DNA from: Planctomycetota bacterium | Lineage (GTDB): Bacteria > Planctomycetota > PLA2 > JAEUHO01 | Direction: 5' to 3' | DNA: 64,000 nucleotides | Assembly (NCBI GenBank): GCA_965222115.1 | Contig: CBDCTJ010000001.1 | Span: 32,001 to 96,000 of the forward strand | Shown: one piece after another, positions 37,667-47,579 of the stretch | How positions within the stretch are numbered: position 1 is the first letter of the stretch | How the letters are laid out: each line of letters begins with the position of its first letter | The notes under the pieces: model-generated | Told to the model about the DNA's origin: nothing | Database searches by the model: none | The model's input: the letters and a program-made list of their open reading frames with translations, nothing else | Made by a program: the position numbers and the translations under genes

Positions 37667-37743
37667 CGTGTTGCTCCTTGCCCTACCAGACGCGCGGCGC
37701 GCTGTAGCGTTATCCGCTGCGCGCCAAAATCCGGATCGATTGG

Positions 37744-38187
37744 CTATTCGAGCGCTTCGTCCCACGAAACGCTGCGTTCGCAATAGGCGCATCGAAAGGT
37801 GTAGGGAAACTCACCAATCCGCTTAAATCGAGACGCCACCTCTTCGGTCCGCGTAATACACGTCGGATTTCCGCAGCGAATAACCCCGAGCAGTTCGGGC
37901 GGCACCGTGAGCACGTTCTTATGCACAACCTTGCCCGACGCTACCTGGGAAACGGTGATTTCGCGGCCGAGCAGCGCAAGACGATCCAACTCGGCGCGCT
38001 CAAGAATCATGCCCTCCACGCGCACAATGTCTTTGCGACCGCGCGTAGGACTGGGGACGTTTATGCCCACCGTGATGGGACCTTCCCTTGGCAACGATAA
38101 CAACGTCAATGCGCGCGGCGCCGTTCCTACGGGTAGGTGATCGATGACTGTGCCATCGAAGAGTCGGAAGTCGGGCGTGCGCGTCAT
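37744..38187 (-). CDS. pyrI: Aspartate carbamoyltransferase regulatory subunit
   Basis: GTVIDH, GRKDIVRVE, Zn ligands CGNPTC and CAYC; coupled to pyrB. Confidence 0.93.
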   Translation of the reverse strand: MTRTPDFRLFDGTVIDHLPVGTAPRALTLLSLPREGPITVGINVPSPTRGRKDIVRVEGMILERAELDRLALLGREITVSQVASGKVVHKNVLTVPPELLGVIRCGNPTCITRTEEVASRFKRIGEFPYTFRCAYCERSVSWDEALE

Positions 38188-39179
38188 GCTGCCCCTCCCG
38201 GTGATGTGCCCCCGAGAATCAAGTGAAGCAATGCCATGCGCACCGTTACGCCATTGCGACTCTGCTCGAAATACAGGGCGCCGGGATGATCATCCACATC
38301 GCGAGACACTTCATTTACGCGCGGCAACGGATGCAAAATCTTTAGGCCGGGTCCAAAGCGCTCGAGGGCGTCACGATCTACCCGATACGCATGACGAATG
38401 CGTTCATAGTCTACGGGGTCAGGGAAACGCTCTTCTTGAATGCGCGTAACGTAGAGCACATCCAAGTCACCCACGTCATCCAGTGATTCAACTTCGCATG
38501 CAAGCCGACCCGAGTCTGCAACCCGTTGGCGCAACTCGGAAGGAAGTCGCAACTGCGGCGGCCCCACGAACTTGAGCTCCACATCAAATTCGGAGAGTGC
38601 GGTGGCCAAGCTATGAACGGTGCGGCCGTATCGAAGGTCGCCCATAAAGCCAACGCGTAACCCGTCGAGCTTCTCTGTGGCTTCGCGAATCGTGTAGAGA
38701 TCAAGCAGCGTCTGCGTGGGATGTTGATTACTGCCGTCGCCGCCATTGATGACGGGAATCGAAGCTACCTCAGCGGCCAACCGAGCGGCTCCCTCTCTAG
38801 GGTGGCGCAATACAATGGCGTCGCAATAGCCCTCGACGACGCGGATGGTGTCCATGAGAGACTCGCCCTTGGAAAAGGACGACATGCGTGCATCGGCGAA
38901 ACCCAACACGTTGCCGCCCAATCGCAACATGGCGCTTTCGAAGGAGAGGCGCGTGCGGGTAGACGGCTCGAAAAAGAGCATGCCGAGTACACGTCCACGA
39001 AGGAGGCCACCCACATGGTGCCAATCAAGGCCATTCGCATCGGAGTTAACGCCTTCTGGGTTGGGCGCAAACGCGCGGGCGGTGTCCAATACCGCGAGCA
39101 ACTCGTTCTTTCGAACGTCTTCAGCGGAAATCAAGCTCCGTCCACGAAACGAAGCGGCGGCGACGTCGCCGTCGGGCAT
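38184..39179 (-). CDS. pyrB: Aspartate carbamoyltransferase catalytic subunit
   Basis: FFEPSTRTRLSFE, HPTQTLLD, GDLRYGRTVHSL, TRIQEERF, HPLPR. Confidence 0.96.
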   Translation of the reverse strand: MPDGDVAAASFRGRSLISAEDVRKNELLAVLDTARAFAPNPEGVNSDANGLDWHHVGGLLRGRVLGMLFFEPSTRTRLSFESAMLRLGGNVLGFADARMSSFSKGESLMDTIRVVEGYCDAIVLRHPREGAARLAAEVASIPVINGGDGSNQHPTQTLLDLYTIREATEKLDGLRVGFMGDLRYGRTVHSLATALSEFDVELKFVGPPQLRLPSELRQRVADSGRLACEVESLDDVGDLDVLYVTRIQEERFPDPVDYERIRHAYRVDRDALERFGPGLKILHPLPRVNEVSRDVDDHPGALYFEQSRNGVTVRMALLHLILGGTSPGGAA

Positions 39180-39326
39180 GCGTGCTCCCGGTGCTAGGGC
39201 GCGAGGAGTGTAGCCGCCACCCCTCCCGAAACAAGCCCGGCGCCCAAACAATCAGTTGGATGAGAGACTTCGGCTCTGCGGATTGTTGGGTGATAATAAA
39301 GGGGTCGAACCGACGACGGAGAGCCC

Positions 39327-39770
39327 GTGTTCCTTTTCTCGTTCCCCCACCGAGTTGCCCGCCGCGGGATCGCAAGCGCCGTCCTCCTGGTCACGGCGAG
39401 TCTTGTAGGCGCCTGCGCAAGCGACTTCACGCTTGAAAATCGCGAAGTGCCGATTCACGTCTGGCTGAGTGCGCCGGGCTTTGCCAACGATGGCGGATCC
39501 ATGCATGCGCGCATTTACGTCGACCGATCGCGCTCCGTAGACGACGTGGTTCGTTTTCCCAAGGGCTCCCCCACCGTCAACCTTCCGTCCGTCTACTTGC
39601 GCACCGGTCCCAAAACGGTGACCGCCGAGTTCGGACGCGGGCAGATTCGCGTACAGAAACAAGTCGAAGTCGAGGGTGAGTGCTGGATTCAGATCACGGT
39701 CGCCGGGCAGGAAGCCAGCATCTTAATGTTCGACGAACAACCCTCGCCTTGGGGAACGCTCGAGCGGTGA
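39327..39770 (+). CDS. Hypothetical lipoprotein
   Basis: Lipobox LVGAC; small beta-rich domain. Confidence 0.6.
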   Translation: MFLFSFPHRVARRGIASAVLLVTASLVGACASDFTLENREVPIHVWLSAPGFANDGGSMHARIYVDRSRSVDDVVRFPKGSPTVNLPSVYLRTGPKTVTAEFGRGQIRVQKQVEVEGECWIQITVAGQEASILMFDEQPSPWGTLER

Positions 39771-39828
39771 ACGACTTTCTGGGCGTAATGCCGGGGTTCT
39801 CGAGGTCGTTCACGGGCATAATGCCCGC

Positions 39829-41460
39829 ATGGCGAAAATCATAAGCAACGACATCAATGCCGACGACTACGACATCCGCAAGGAACACACGCGGGTGGCC
39901 TATCCCGATGTCGTGATCGGCGACAAACGACTCAACCGCGGCGTCGCCGAGATTCGCATCAGCGGCGAGATTGAGTCCGACGCCACGCGCACGGTGCGAA
40001 AGGCATGGAACGACGCGCTCTTTCCGAGCACGTTGGATCGAGAGGCCCCGGTCATCTTTCTTGGATGGCCAACACACGGTCCGTTTGTGTCTGCACCGCA
40101 TGGAGTCTATTTCGATGGCTACTTGGCGGTCGCGCAAAAAGTGCTCGACGAGCGTCACCCGCGTTTCAAAAAAATGCTTCACGATTTGGAAGACGCGGGC
40201 GTCATGTTGCGGCGCGAAATCGCTACCGACGACTACCTCGCTCGCGATCCCGAAAACTTGGTTCGCACCCCTGCCGATCTTGCGGAATTGTGGGATCGCA
40301 CCCTTAGCGAGCGCTGGCCTATTAATGGCGGGTACGACACGTTCTTTAGTAGCAGCGGCGCTGAGGCCGGTGAAGCAGCGATCAAGCTCGCCTTTCAAGT
40401 CAAGTACAAGACGTTTCTGGAGCAGTTTGGCGAAGCAACGTTCAAGAAGGTCCAATTCGAACTCGGCCACAAGCCGATTCCCTACTTCGATCGCGACACC
40501 GCGCTCACCGACCACACGGTGTACGACGACTACCCATTTGCGCTCATTGGATGTGAAGGCGCCTTCCATGGGCGCACGCACGGAGTCCTGTCGCTCACGT
40601 GCAGCAAGCGCGCGCATCGCCTCTCCTACCCACACCTTTGGCAGGTCTACGCGACACCGTTTAACGCGTCCGATGAGGACGTGCGTGCCCTCATCGATTG
40701 GCGCGACCTCAAGGAGATACTAAACATCCCAGGAGAGCTGCGGCGTGTCATGCGCGACGAGCGAATGATCCCCAAGGATTTGCTCGCAGGCTGCATGGCC
40801 GAACCTTTCCAAGGTGAGGGCGGCTACGTACCGGCCACACCGGAGTTCTTCGGATCGTTGCGACGCGTGTGCGACGAGGCAGGCGCCCTACTTATCACCG
40901 ATGAGGTGCAGACCATTGCGCGCACGGGCAAGTTGCTGATGACCGAGCATCTCGGCGTACGGCCCGACGTAGTATGTACGGCCAAAAGCATGGTGATTGG
41001 TACCACCGTCGCTCCGTCACGGCTTGCGAAGTATTGTCACAATGGCTGGCACAGCAATACATGGGGATCGGGTCGCGTATTCGATACGAACTTTGCCTAT
41101 CACACCTTGGATACGATTCTGCATCACAAGGATCCCGTCTTCGGCGGCTTGACGTACATTCAAAATGCTGAGGTCAAGGGGCGCTATCTAAAGGAAGGCC
41201 TGGAACGACTTCAAAAGAAGCACCCCGACCTACTTGTAGGTCAGCGTGGATACGGATTGATGCGCGCCATACTTGTGAAGCGCCGCGAAGAAGTGTTGGC
41301 GGCGGCCTGGAAACGTGGCCTCAAGCTCTTGGGTTGCGGCTGGAAGGGCGAAGTTTCGGGCATTCGCCTACTCATGCTGGCAGACACGCTTGCGCGCGAG
41401 GTCGACGCGTTCTTGCATGCGTTCGATCTCGCGTTGAGCGACGTAGCCTCGACGTCTTGA
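39829..41460 (+). CDS. Class-III PLP-dependent aminotransferase (lysine epsilon-aminotransferase-like)
   Basis: SGAEAGEAAIK, FHGRT, EPFQGEGG, DEVQT, PLP lysine in TAKS, NTWG. Confidence 0.88.
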   Translation: MAKIISNDINADDYDIRKEHTRVAYPDVVIGDKRLNRGVAEIRISGEIESDATRTVRKAWNDALFPSTLDREAPVIFLGWPTHGPFVSAPHGVYFDGYLAVAQKVLDERHPRFKKMLHDLEDAGVMLRREIATDDYLARDPENLVRTPADLAELWDRTLSERWPINGGYDTFFSSSGAEAGEAAIKLAFQVKYKTFLEQFGEATFKKVQFELGHKPIPYFDRDTALTDHTVYDDYPFALIGCEGAFHGRTHGVLSLTCSKRAHRLSYPHLWQVYATPFNASDEDVRALIDWRDLKEILNIPGELRRVMRDERMIPKDLLAGCMAEPFQGEGGYVPATPEFFGSLRRVCDEAGALLITDEVQTIARTGKLLMTEHLGVRPDVVCTAKSMVIGTTVAPSRLAKYCHNGWHSNTWGSGRVFDTNFAYHTLDTILHHKDPVFGGLTYIQNAEVKGRYLKEGLERLQKKHPDLLVGQRGYGLMRAILVKRREEVLAAAWKRGLKLLGCGWKGEVSGIRLLMLADTLAREVDAFLHAFDLALSDVASTS

Positions 41461-41531
41461 CGAATCGCGGCCCGCGTTACGCCCAATAACCGACAATTGA
41501 AGACCAACGCTTGAGTATTCATACTCACGCG

Positions 41532-42572
41532 CTAGTTCTTGTTGCGCAACAGCTCCACGATTTCGCGCTGCAGCGAACTGTATGCACGCGGATGGGGTCG
41601 ATCGGAACTTGCCTCGGCCTTTTCGACCCATGATCGAAACGCAGGACCCTGTAACCCGTACCAGCGCCGCCTGGCAAACTCGCTCAGCGTACGAATCAAT
41701 GCTGGGGATGACGGCCGAGTTTCTCGTAGCGCGAGTTCGCGGTTGCTTGTGCGCCACAGGGAGACGAGATTGGCGACACGAAGCGTTCGCGCCGCCAAGC
41801 GCGTTTTGAGCACGTAGTCGGTCTCCTTGCCGTTCCATGTCGAGCGAAAGAGAAGCGCGGGATAGTCGAGTCGAGCGAGCCACGAAGTCCCGTCAGCGTC
41901 CTTGACGATCTGAGCATCCAAATCAATCACCTGTTCGTCGCTCGCCACGATCGATTCCAACTGTTCGCTGCGGTCCCCGCCGAATGCCAAAACGGCGTCA
42001 TCCATAAATGTGTAGTTGGCGCTGGAAAGGGCGCCAAGGATAAAGACGCCGCGACATCGATCGATCGGTACTTCTCGTAGTAGCCGTTGAATGGCGGTGG
42101 ACGGATCCTCGGGACCATGGGCCGCGACCAACAACAGGTCTAGCGCTCCACCTGGATCGGTGCGTTCTCCTGACTGGCGTACGACCTCCAACCATGTCGC
42201 CAGGCGCGTGGCCGCCAAGCTCGTCGATGCCGACGGAGCCGTCGCAAGGACAAGCGCAAACGGATCGGTCGCCGTGGAAGGTTTGTCCGGGGCACTCGCA
42301 ACCCACGCCATATACGTGGTGCGAATACCTTCTTCATCGTCGCTCTGCTCAAACCAATCGCTGCTACCGGGAGCCATAGAAGCGCCTGCCAGCTTCAGCT
42401 CATTTGAGACATAGACGATAGCGTGATCCTGATCGTCGCCTGCCTCCAAGAACTCCTGCACCATGGCCTGATCGTGATCGATTCGACGTGCCATCGCTTC
42501 GATATCTGCTTGCTCTGCTGCTGTCCAAGATGCGTGGTGCGCGTCGGCGGCATCCCGCATCAAGAACCACAT
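41532..42572 (-). CDS. M28 peptidase-like protein lacking metal ligands
   Basis: Secondary-structure order matches M28 (LVLATAP, LATWLEVVR, LLLVAAH, DYPALLF) but HYD/DD/EE/H ligands are absent; start uncertain (frame open to 43001, TM segment upstream of ATG 42572). Confidence 0.55.
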   Translation of the reverse strand: MWFLMRDAADAHHASWTAAEQADIEAMARRIDHDQAMVQEFLEAGDDQDHAIVYVSNELKLAGASMAPGSSDWFEQSDDEEGIRTTYMAWVASAPDKPSTATDPFALVLATAPSASTSLAATRLATWLEVVRQSGERTDPGGALDLLLVAAHGPEDPSTAIQRLLREVPIDRCRGVFILGALSSANYTFMDDAVLAFGGDRSEQLESIVASDEQVIDLDAQIVKDADGTSWLARLDYPALLFRSTWNGKETDYVLKTRLAARTLRVANLVSLWRTSNRELALRETRPSSPALIRTLSEFARRRWYGLQGPAFRSWVEKAEASSDRPHPRAYSSLQREIVELLRNKN

Positions 42573-42712
42573 CGAAAGAACCGTGAGAGCTACGGCAGCA
42601 ACCGCGATGCAAAATCTTCCCCCAACCCGAACGCCTGCGAAAACGATCGAAGGTGTTTCGTCAGTCGCTGCGGCTCTTCCGCGGAGGACTGATTGCTTAC
42701 CCGCGTGGAACG

Positions 42713-43699
42713 CTATTTCGTCCTCTTTTTCTTCTTCAAGTGACCGCGCTTGATGAGTTCTTTGTTTTCGTCGATCCAGGTTTTTAGAGCTTTGGGCTTG
42801 ACGATCGGCTCGCCGGTAATGGCTTTCACGGCCGATACCATTGCCTTGTACGCATTGGGCCGCGCGCGTTTGGCTCGACGACCGTACTTCGCTTTCCATT
42901 TGGCTTTGGCAGCTTTCGCGTCTTTGTTGCCGGCGGCGCCCGTGTCTACCGTGACAGAACCACCCGCCCAGGATGCACCGTCGGGATAATAGTGATACCA
43001 CTCCAGAATAATGGGGAGCGCGCGATACTCCTTCGTTCGTTCGCAGAACTGAATCATCGCGATGCAGACATCGTCATTGTTGTGGTGAATGAACCCTTTG
43101 ACGATATCCCATGCCTCCCGGTAATCGAGGCGATTGAGGCTGCTAATCGCGTTCGTGAGTACACGGGCCTCGATGATCTGCTCGGCCTCTTCGTCTTCGT
43201 TGGCAAACTCGGGCTTGTTGCCATACTCCTTATACTTCTTAAGCCCGGCGACGAGTACACGTGCTGCTTTACCGGCACTCTGATGCTGATGGCCCAAGCC
43301 TTCCGCCGCAGCCGCCTTCAATTCGTTGTCTTTCTCCTTTCGAAAGACCTTGGTCAGCGTCTTGAGCACACGCGAATGGCGATAGTTGCCCAACCACCGG
43401 AGAATGCGAATGCGGCGATCCATATCCTCCGACTTGTAGTCACTGTCGAAGCGTAGATAGGCCTCCTTCACCTGTTCGTCGGTGTGGGGGCGCGTGTCGC
43501 GAACGACAGGCTTGGGAGCTTCTTTCTTCGCGTCGTCTTTTTTCGCGCCCTCCTTTTGGGCGTCAGCCGACTTTCCGGCATCCGGCGATTCTTTGGCGTA
43601 GGCGAACGGCGATATGGGCGCCGAGACGATGAACGATGCCGCCAGCACGATGGTGGCGATCCGGGCCGCTACCGACTGAGCAAAGTGAGGGCGTTCCAT
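42713..43699 (-). CDS. Exported HEAT-like helical repeat protein
   Basis: AGGAG RBS; signal ending AYA; repeats such as LTKVFRKEKDNELKAAAAEGLG. Confidence 0.75.
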   Translation of the reverse strand: MERPHFAQSVAARIATIVLAASFIVSAPISPFAYAKESPDAGKSADAQKEGAKKDDAKKEAPKPVVRDTRPHTDEQVKEAYLRFDSDYKSEDMDRRIRILRWLGNYRHSRVLKTLTKVFRKEKDNELKAAAAEGLGHQHQSAGKAARVLVAGLKKYKEYGNKPEFANEDEEAEQIIEARVLTNAISSLNRLDYREAWDIVKGFIHHNNDDVCIAMIQFCERTKEYRALPIILEWYHYYPDGASWAGGSVTVDTGAAGNKDAKAAKAKWKAKYGRRAKRARPNAYKAMVSAVKAITGEPIVKPKALKTWIDENKELIKRGHLKKKKRTK

Positions 43700-43837
43700 G
43701 AGCATCTCCTAACGGGTCTGGCATCGTAGCACGCACCAGAAAATCTCAGGCGGTGCGCGACAAGACCGGGCGTAGAGTTGAGCCAAACGCGATGAAACCG
43801 GGCCTTCCGGGATTCGCGCCACACGGCTGGAGTCGCC

Positions 43838-44293
43838 ATGGCTGAGTTTGCCCGTTCCCCGTCAAGTTGGGCCACACGCCTCACGCTGGTACTGGTCGTG
43901 GGGATGCTGTGGGGATGCCAGAACACCCCCGGGGACTCATCGAGCGATTCGGACTCACCTTCCATCGGTTCGCGGGCACGCGCAAAAGGCACACGCACAA
44001 AAGACAAAGGTACGTTCGACAATCATGCCAGCCCGCTCCGGCTTGCTGAGATTGAGGCCGTTCGGGAGCGCCTGCGGCGAGAGCGCCAGGCCAACCCCAA
44101 TGTCGACCTCCCGAGTGTGGATGACGAGGATGCGGAGTGCGCCCATGTGTGGGAGCAGATCGGCAGCCACCCGTGGCGCAAGCCGGGCATGGGCGGCGTT
44201 CCGATGATGGCGATGTGCGCCATCAGTCGCTGCACCAAGTGCGGAAAGATTCGCCACGAGTGCCAGCAGAAACGAAGAACACGGCGGAAGTAG
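43838..44293 (+). CDS. Hypothetical lipoprotein with C-terminal Cys/His cluster
   Basis: GGAG RBS; lipobox LWGC; CAHVWE..CAISRCTKCGKIRHEC. Confidence 0.65.
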   Translation: MAEFARSPSSWATRLTLVLVVGMLWGCQNTPGDSSSDSDSPSIGSRARAKGTRTKDKGTFDNHASPLRLAEIEAVRERLRRERQANPNVDLPSVDDEDAECAHVWEQIGSHPWRKPGMGGVPMMAMCAISRCTKCGKIRHECQQKRRTRRK

Positions 44294-44347
44294 CGATCAC
44301 GTGGGATCTGCGCGCGGTCGCTGCCGCGCCCGTACACTACGCGTCTG

Positions 44348-45445
44348 ATGTCCGCCCCATCTGCCCCCACAGCACCCTCATCGAACGCAAAACCATGGCG
44401 CGATTCCCGTGCACTCACGGAGCGGGTGTTTCACATGGGGCAAGAACTTCGAGACGGCCTTGCCACGCGCATTGTGGGGCTTGATCGCGTCGTCGATCAA
44501 GTGCTCACGTCGCTGTTGACGAGCCAACACACGTTGCTCGAAGGTGTGCCGGGCCTTGCCAAGACATTGCTGCTGTCATCGGTCGCAGAGTTGCTCGATC
44601 TCTCCTTCTCTCGAATCCAGTTTACGCCCGATCTCATGCCGTCCGATGTGACGGGCAGCGAGTACCTCATTCAAGATCCGGTGACCGGCGAGCGATCGTT
44701 CCGCTTCTCGCGCGGCCCACTCTTTGCCCACATTGTATTGGCCGACGAAATCAACCGCGCGCCGCCAAAGACGCAGGCCGCATTGATGGAAGCGATGGAA
44801 GAGTCGCAAGTCACAAGCCTGGGCAAGCAGTACGACTTGGAAGAACCGTTCGTCGTGCTCGCCACGCAAAACCCCATCGAGCAAGAAGGCACCTACGAAC
44901 TGCCATTCGCGCAGCTCGATCGTTTCCTGTTCAAGGTTCACTTGCGATATCCGTCGTTCAGTGACGAAGCTGCGATTGCTCGGTTGTCCGCCCGTGCGTG
45001 GCCTCGAACACTCGCACCGATCGTGAGCCGCAATGAGTTTCTGGAAATTGTGCGCGGCATCGAGTCCCTTGACGTGCCAGCCTCCATCTTGCGCTATGCC
45101 GTTGAACTCGCGCAGGCCACACGTCCCGGTCAGCCCGGCGCCAGCCCATCGGTGACCGAATACGTCGAGTGGGGCGCCGGTCCGCGCGCCGCCCAAGCGC
45201 TGGTCATTGCAGCGCGTGCTCACGCGTGCCTTCACGGTCGTGCCGTTGCCACCATCGACGACGTGCGTGAAGTCGCCCCATCCGTGTTCCGCCATCGCCT
45301 GGTGATGACCTTCGCCGCCCAAGCCGACGACATGACCACCGATTCCGTCGTCCAGGCCATGCTCCGCGAAGTCGGCGCCCCCGGCCGCGACACACGCCCT
45401 CCCGCCAAAGAATCATGGCTGCGGCGGTTGTGGAAGAGTGCCTAA
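44348..45445 (+). CDS. MoxR family AAA+ ATPase
   Basis: LLEGVPGLAKT, RIQFTPDLMPSD, LADEINRAPPKTQAALMEAM, ATQNPIEQEGTY, AQLDRF, WGAGPRA. Confidence 0.95.
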   Translation: MSAPSAPTAPSSNAKPWRDSRALTERVFHMGQELRDGLATRIVGLDRVVDQVLTSLLTSQHTLLEGVPGLAKTLLLSSVAELLDLSFSRIQFTPDLMPSDVTGSEYLIQDPVTGERSFRFSRGPLFAHIVLADEINRAPPKTQAALMEAMEESQVTSLGKQYDLEEPFVVLATQNPIEQEGTYELPFAQLDRFLFKVHLRYPSFSDEAAIARLSARAWPRTLAPIVSRNEFLEIVRGIESLDVPASILRYAVELAQATRPGQPGASPSVTEYVEWGAGPRAAQALVIAARAHACLHGRAVATIDDVREVAPSVFRHRLVMTFAAQADDMTTDSVVQAMLREVGAPGRDTRPPAKESWLRRLWKSA

Positions 45446-46557
45446 CGAAGGAGCGACACGGCACGATCCACAAGCGTGTCGATGGGGAGCTTGTTCATAC
45501 AAGGATGCGGCAGCGGTTCTTCGATAGGACAGGTGCGGCGGTGGCACCCTAGGCATTCGAGCGACTCGTTACGGATTACGGTTGCGGTTGAATGCTCGCT
45601 CCACGCAGGGTCCGTAGGTCCCATCCACACCAACGTAGGTACGCCCAAGGCTTCTGCAATATGCCTGGGCCCCGCATCGGTTGTCGCCATCAATGCAGAA
45701 CGCGCGAGGAGCCCTTTGAGTTCGCCAATGTCGGGTGGCGATTCATGAGTAGACACACGCGAACCTGATAAACGATCGGCGATGGACTTACAGATGGATG
45801 TCTCGGTGGGACCGCACAGTAGGAGCGGCGTCACGTCTACACTCGCTGCGAGTCGATTGAGGAAGGATGCGATGCGATCGGGCGCGAGCACTTTGCTTGC
45901 ACCAAAGGCTGCCCCGGCATTGACAGCCACAAGGGGACGATCCGATGGCACGTGGGCAAGTCGAATATCGGCGCGTTCGCAATCGTAGGGCTCCGTGACG
46001 AGCAGGGGCGCGCCCTCCGTGGTTGCACCAAAGGGCCGAACAAGATCCGCATAGTGCGAAACCATGGAACGCGGTTTCAACGCGCCCCGTTCGTCGAGGG
46101 GTACGTCAATGACATGGGTCATTAGCGCGGCACGTTTTTGAATTCCTGTGCCGACACGAATCGCAATGCCTGCGACGCGCGCGGCAAGCGCAGACCGTGC
46201 CGAGTTGGGGAGCAAGAGTGCCGCGTCGCAGTCGAGATGACGAAGCACTTTCTTGGCACGCCAGGGCGAACGTATCCCGCTAACCAACCGCCCGGCCATC
46301 GACACAACGCCATCGCGATGTTTGAGACCCGCGAGCGCGGCCAACGGTGCACGTGCTCCGCTCCACAAGATCGTGGCCTCGGGCAGTGCGTTTCGAAGTG
46401 CGCGAAGGGCGGGCGTTGCCATTACCGCGTCGCCAAGCGGCGTAGGCAAAAACACCAGCAGGCGCTTGACGCGCGTCAACTCGCTCGGCGCGGACTCGGT
46501 GCTCGCAATTAGTCGTCCCAAAGTGCCGCCACTGTATCGACGACGCGATCTGACCAC
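45442..46557 (-). CDS. Glycosyltransferase family 9 (LPS heptosyltransferase, WaaF-like)
   Basis: PTPLGDAVMATP, LLPNS, NAGAAFGASK, TDAGPRHIA, GPTDP, C-terminal Cys cluster. Confidence 0.9.
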   Translation of the reverse strand: MVRSRRRYSGGTLGRLIASTESAPSELTRVKRLLVFLPTPLGDAVMATPALRALRNALPEATILWSGARAPLAALAGLKHRDGVVSMAGRLVSGIRSPWRAKKVLRHLDCDAALLLPNSARSALAARVAGIAIRVGTGIQKRAALMTHVIDVPLDERGALKPRSMVSHYADLVRPFGATTEGAPLLVTEPYDCERADIRLAHVPSDRPLVAVNAGAAFGASKVLAPDRIASFLNRLAASVDVTPLLLCGPTETSICKSIADRLSGSRVSTHESPPDIGELKGLLARSALMATTDAGPRHIAEALGVPTLVWMGPTDPAWSEHSTATVIRNESLECLGCHRRTCPIEEPLPHPCMNKLPIDTLVDRAVSLLR

Positions 46558-47513
46558 GCCTGAACCGACCAGCGTTCGCGCACCACGCGCTGTCCCTCGC
46601 GGCCCATCCGTTCGCGAAGGGCCTCATCGCGCATCAATGTCAAAATGCCCGTTAGCAACTCCTCATGATCACCAACGAGGAACCCGGTCTCGCCCTCCAC
46701 GACCTGCTCGGCCTGCACACCCACCGCCGCGGCGACGACCGGGCGACCCACGGCCATCATCTGCAACACGCGCAAGCCACACTTTCCTCGCGTCCAGGGG
46801 TCATCGGGCAGTGGCGCCAAACCAATGTGGATGTCGGTGAGATGATGACGCCAGGTATCCAACTGCCACGGAACAAAGTCAACGGCAATGCCCGGCGGCA
46901 TATCGGGCGCAACATCAGCAATCGCGCGAAGTTTGACGGGGCGACCCGAGGCAACGATGGCGGAGAGCACAAGCGAGCGCGCCTCCAAATAGGGCATCGT
47001 CACGCTGGATCCAATCCACCCCAGGATCGGTACGTCCATCGGCGGTTCCGGTCGCCACGGTTCATGAGTCATGTCGACCGTGGTGGGCAGGATGAGACCC
47101 GGTTTACCAGCGCGAATGGCGAGACTTCGCAAGTAGGCATTCCCGCACGTGACCGCATCGGCGCGACGAACGATCGCCTTGAAACGACGCCATCGTGTGG
47201 CCGAACGCGCTGCGCCCCGCGCGGTATCGCGAAAGGGAAGCGCGTCATCGAAATCAAACAGGAGTCGATGCGCGTGACGACGAACGGTCAGCACATCGCG
47301 CCGCGCCAACAACCGTGACGAGACCACGACCGCATCGCCACTTGCGCATTGCCGAATGGAGGCCGCGCGAACCGCACGGTCTTTGGGCCACGGTGCAATT
47401 TGCATCACAATGCCCGCAGCGCCAAAGGCATCGCGGTAGGCGAGCCAGCGATGGCGCACAACGGGCCCGTCGGGATCCGACGTGAGCACAATCAGGAGCT
47501 TCGTTCCAGTCAC
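46509..47513 (-). CDS. Glycosyltransferase family 4
   Basis: FDFDDA, GWIGS, GLAPLPDDPWTRGKCG, GRPVVA..VG, GETGFL. Confidence 0.9.
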   Translation of the reverse strand: MTGTKLLIVLTSDPDGPVVRHRWLAYRDAFGAAGIVMQIAPWPKDRAVRAASIRQCASGDAVVVSSRLLARRDVLTVRRHAHRLLFDFDDALPFRDTARGAARSATRWRRFKAIVRRADAVTCGNAYLRSLAIRAGKPGLILPTTVDMTHEPWRPEPPMDVPILGWIGSSVTMPYLEARSLVLSAIVASGRPVKLRAIADVAPDMPPGIAVDFVPWQLDTWRHHLTDIHIGLAPLPDDPWTRGKCGLRVLQMMAVGRPVVAAAVGVQAEQVVEGETGFLVGDHEELLTGILTLMRDEALRERMGREGQRVVRERWSVQAWSDRVVDTVAALWDD

Positions 47514-47579
47514 TACGAAAGCCTATGCGTGCAGGTTCCATTTCGACGCATTTCATTTGTGTGGCGCACTCACCGGCAA

